64,000 nt of DNA, taken from the human T2T-CHM13v2.0 reference genome, Homo sapiens. The notes under the pieces are model-generated. The model saw only the letters and a program-made list of their open reading frames with translations, did not search any database and was not told where the DNA came from. Location of the stretch: the NCBI RefSeq assembly GCF_009914755.1, contig NC_060938.1, one strand, 5' to 3'. The position numbers and the translations under genes were made by a program. Below, piece by piece: positions 61,085-64,000 of the stretch. Numbering within the stretch: position 1 is the first letter of the stretch; the number at the start of each line of letters is the position of its first letter.

Positions 61085-62256
61085 CCAAGATGAAACATTG
61101 TATATTAAGAACTGACTGGTTTAAGAGGATGCATTTTAACTGAGAAAAATAATTTCATTGGTATAAATAGCTCCATTTCAAGATGACCACACCACAAAAA
61201 AAGGTTACTGATAGATAACAAAGATCCATATTGTTACTCTGCTCAGTAGAAAGGAATCCATTTGTACTTTCTGTGACCCTTTGGAGGCTTTCTACATCAT
61301 AGATAGTGTCATTAGTATTTAACCATGTCTTTGATGATGACAATCCTGAGTGAACCCCTATTCATTTTGCGCTGAGTTCTTACATAGTCTTTTCAGTGAT
61401 TATAACTGTACCATGGAGGATAGGAAATCTCACTAACATTTTTATTACTTCCTCTGCAAAAATTCTGAACTAAAATATAGTCAACCTCATCTCTGGACTA
61501 AACTGGAAAATGTAAGAGACAAGTTAAGTTGTACTTATGGAACTGTAGGCTCATTAGAGAAACCTGTAGCATCAATTTGTGCCCACTTTAGAATAGCTTT
61601 AATCCTACAAATCTACTTAAGAAAAGTAAACCCATTGCAGGGGAATGCTGTCAGTTTAGATGTTATAATAATTCAGTCTGTCACTCTTAGCTCCTTAGCT
61701 CAGTTCAGACAGCTATAGTGGGGAAGATGTCTAGACTCCCTCCCCTACCTCTGCCCCAACTCTCAAATAAAAATCCTATATCCTAAAGAACCTTGTAGTT
61801 TATTTTTACCAAACAAGCTAGTCTACCTGCAAATTAACAGTAACAGTGATATCACCAGGTAATTTTAATATTGTAAATTAAAGTGAGTATTCTCTTGAAT
61901 GCTATGATCTTCTCAGTGGGACATGTATTTTCACATGTTTTGTAATACATATGAGTTTAATAAAGCTAATGCCCTCGCAGATTCTCTTTGTGACCATTAG
62001 TAATCATTTGTAAGGTAGCTATCAGAATATATTTGTGGCCATGAAATAGTTTTGCTTCATAGGAAACTATTTTTTCTATCCAAAAGTAAAACTTATTTTT
62101 CATTATAACCTTACCTTTTTTAAAATGTTTCATTCCTTCCTTTCCTGTTTCTGCCTAAAGGGGTTTTATGGGCTACCGGCTGCTAGGTGATAACTCACTG
62201 GGGCCTTCAAGAGGAAAAAGTGCATACTTTTTTCTCAATTTTTTTTTCTCTTCTAA

Positions 62257-62570
<314 letters not shown>

Positions 62571-62634
62571 TAATGGCCCAAGACAGTAAGAGGTGCTTTG
62601 GGTTTGTAATTTACAAAATAAGAGAAGTCTGTGA

Positions 62635-62931
<297 letters not shown>

Positions 62932-63797
62932 GAAGTAGGTTTTTTTATTGGCGAAGTAGCTAATTACTGTATAATTTGGGGTGAGTCTTGAGTGGGAAGA
63001 AGCCTCGTGGCACATAAAAAGGTGCTTAATTGATATTGAAAACACACGCACGCACACACATGCATGCACACACAACCCTACCTGCTGATGTGCCAGAGAA
63101 TTACAATACTCCTCCTTTGAGACATTGCTTTTAGTTAATTTGTTATATATCCAAAGGTCCTTGTGTTAACATGCAAATAGTTTAACCAAGGACCGGTATC
63201 AATCCAATAGCACCACAGTATGTTAATTTCTTCAATTAAGTTATTCCACAATGTATGCATATCTCAAAACATCATGGTATACACCATGCATATATAAAAT
63301 TTTTGCCAATTAAAAATAAATTTTAAATAAAATGTTTATACTATAGGTCTATAAAAAAGTACAAATTATTTTTCCGGTGAGGTAATCACTTTATGACAAA
63401 GACTTTATAAATATTCAGTGGCTTAGAGAAGTAAAATGACAGCAGAAAGCACTGCTTTACTTTTTGCTTCCCAATTTTGGACTTTGTTTGAAAGATTTGC
63501 CATTCATTAAATACCCCAAGTATTTACTGAGTATCTACTATAAGTGTAAGGAAGGCACTATTCTAAAAGTGACAGAGAATACAAAGATTAATAAGACATA
63601 GGCTCTGTCTTCAATGAGTTTACCATCTACTAGCAGAGGTAAGGCAAATATTTAAATATCTATAGCATAAGATGGAGAGTGATAGATACCAGAAGACAAA
63701 TATAAACAAGGTATAACATTACTTTAGTGATGGAAGAGATTATTCCTGCCAGTAGATAACCATACTGCAATTTCCAAACAACAAGAAAAAAAAACAA

Positions 63798-64000
63798 GGA
63801 GGGGCCAAGATGACCAACTAAAAACAGCTACGGTTGGAGGCTCCCACGTAGAAGAATGAAAACAGCGAGTAAATCCTATGCCAGCAACTTGAGGTATCCA
63901 GGTTCTCTCACTAGGACTGACCAGGCAGTTGGTGCAACCCATGGTAAGTGAGGAAAAGCAGAGTGGAGTGACAGCCAACCCAGGATCCACACAGGGGAAG
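63798..64000 (+). mobile_element. Start of an older L1PA/L1P 5' UTR, running off the window
   Basis: ggaggggccaagatgaccaacta...acagct...gctccca...gaggtatccaggttctctcactaggactg after an A-rich target. Confidence 0.85.

Overview
Primate (human-like) genomic DNA, AT-rich and repeat-dense, lying wholly inside the gephyrin gene (GPHN, + strand). The assignment rests on recognising exon peptides from memory; no search was run. The window holds the constitutive 43-nt exon VQSRCSSKENILRA(S) at 36746-36788 and, in the intron before it, two known C4-cluster cassettes of the central domain: LHRKLEELRDHLEGNVKGYSLRVN at 1050-1121 and ARLPSCSSTYSVSE at 9291-9332. The rest is intron: about 20 Alus, L1s of several ages, L2/MIR, a THE1 solo LTR, hAT DNA elements and microsatellites. 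The six-frame ORFs are mostly repeat or low-complexity artefacts. Two things stand out. First, there is a series of further exon-like units in the C4 intron (a 96-nt in-frame cassette at 32777, an acceptor placed for mutual exclusion at 1254, poison-type exons at 332 and 33398, candidates at 11106/11209 and 19422), several near NOVA/RBFOX/QKI motifs. Second, there is a dense set of short local templated copies, including unique sequence pasted inside an Alu, and a ~5-kb composite block with a 15-bp target-site duplication that splits an old L1MC.
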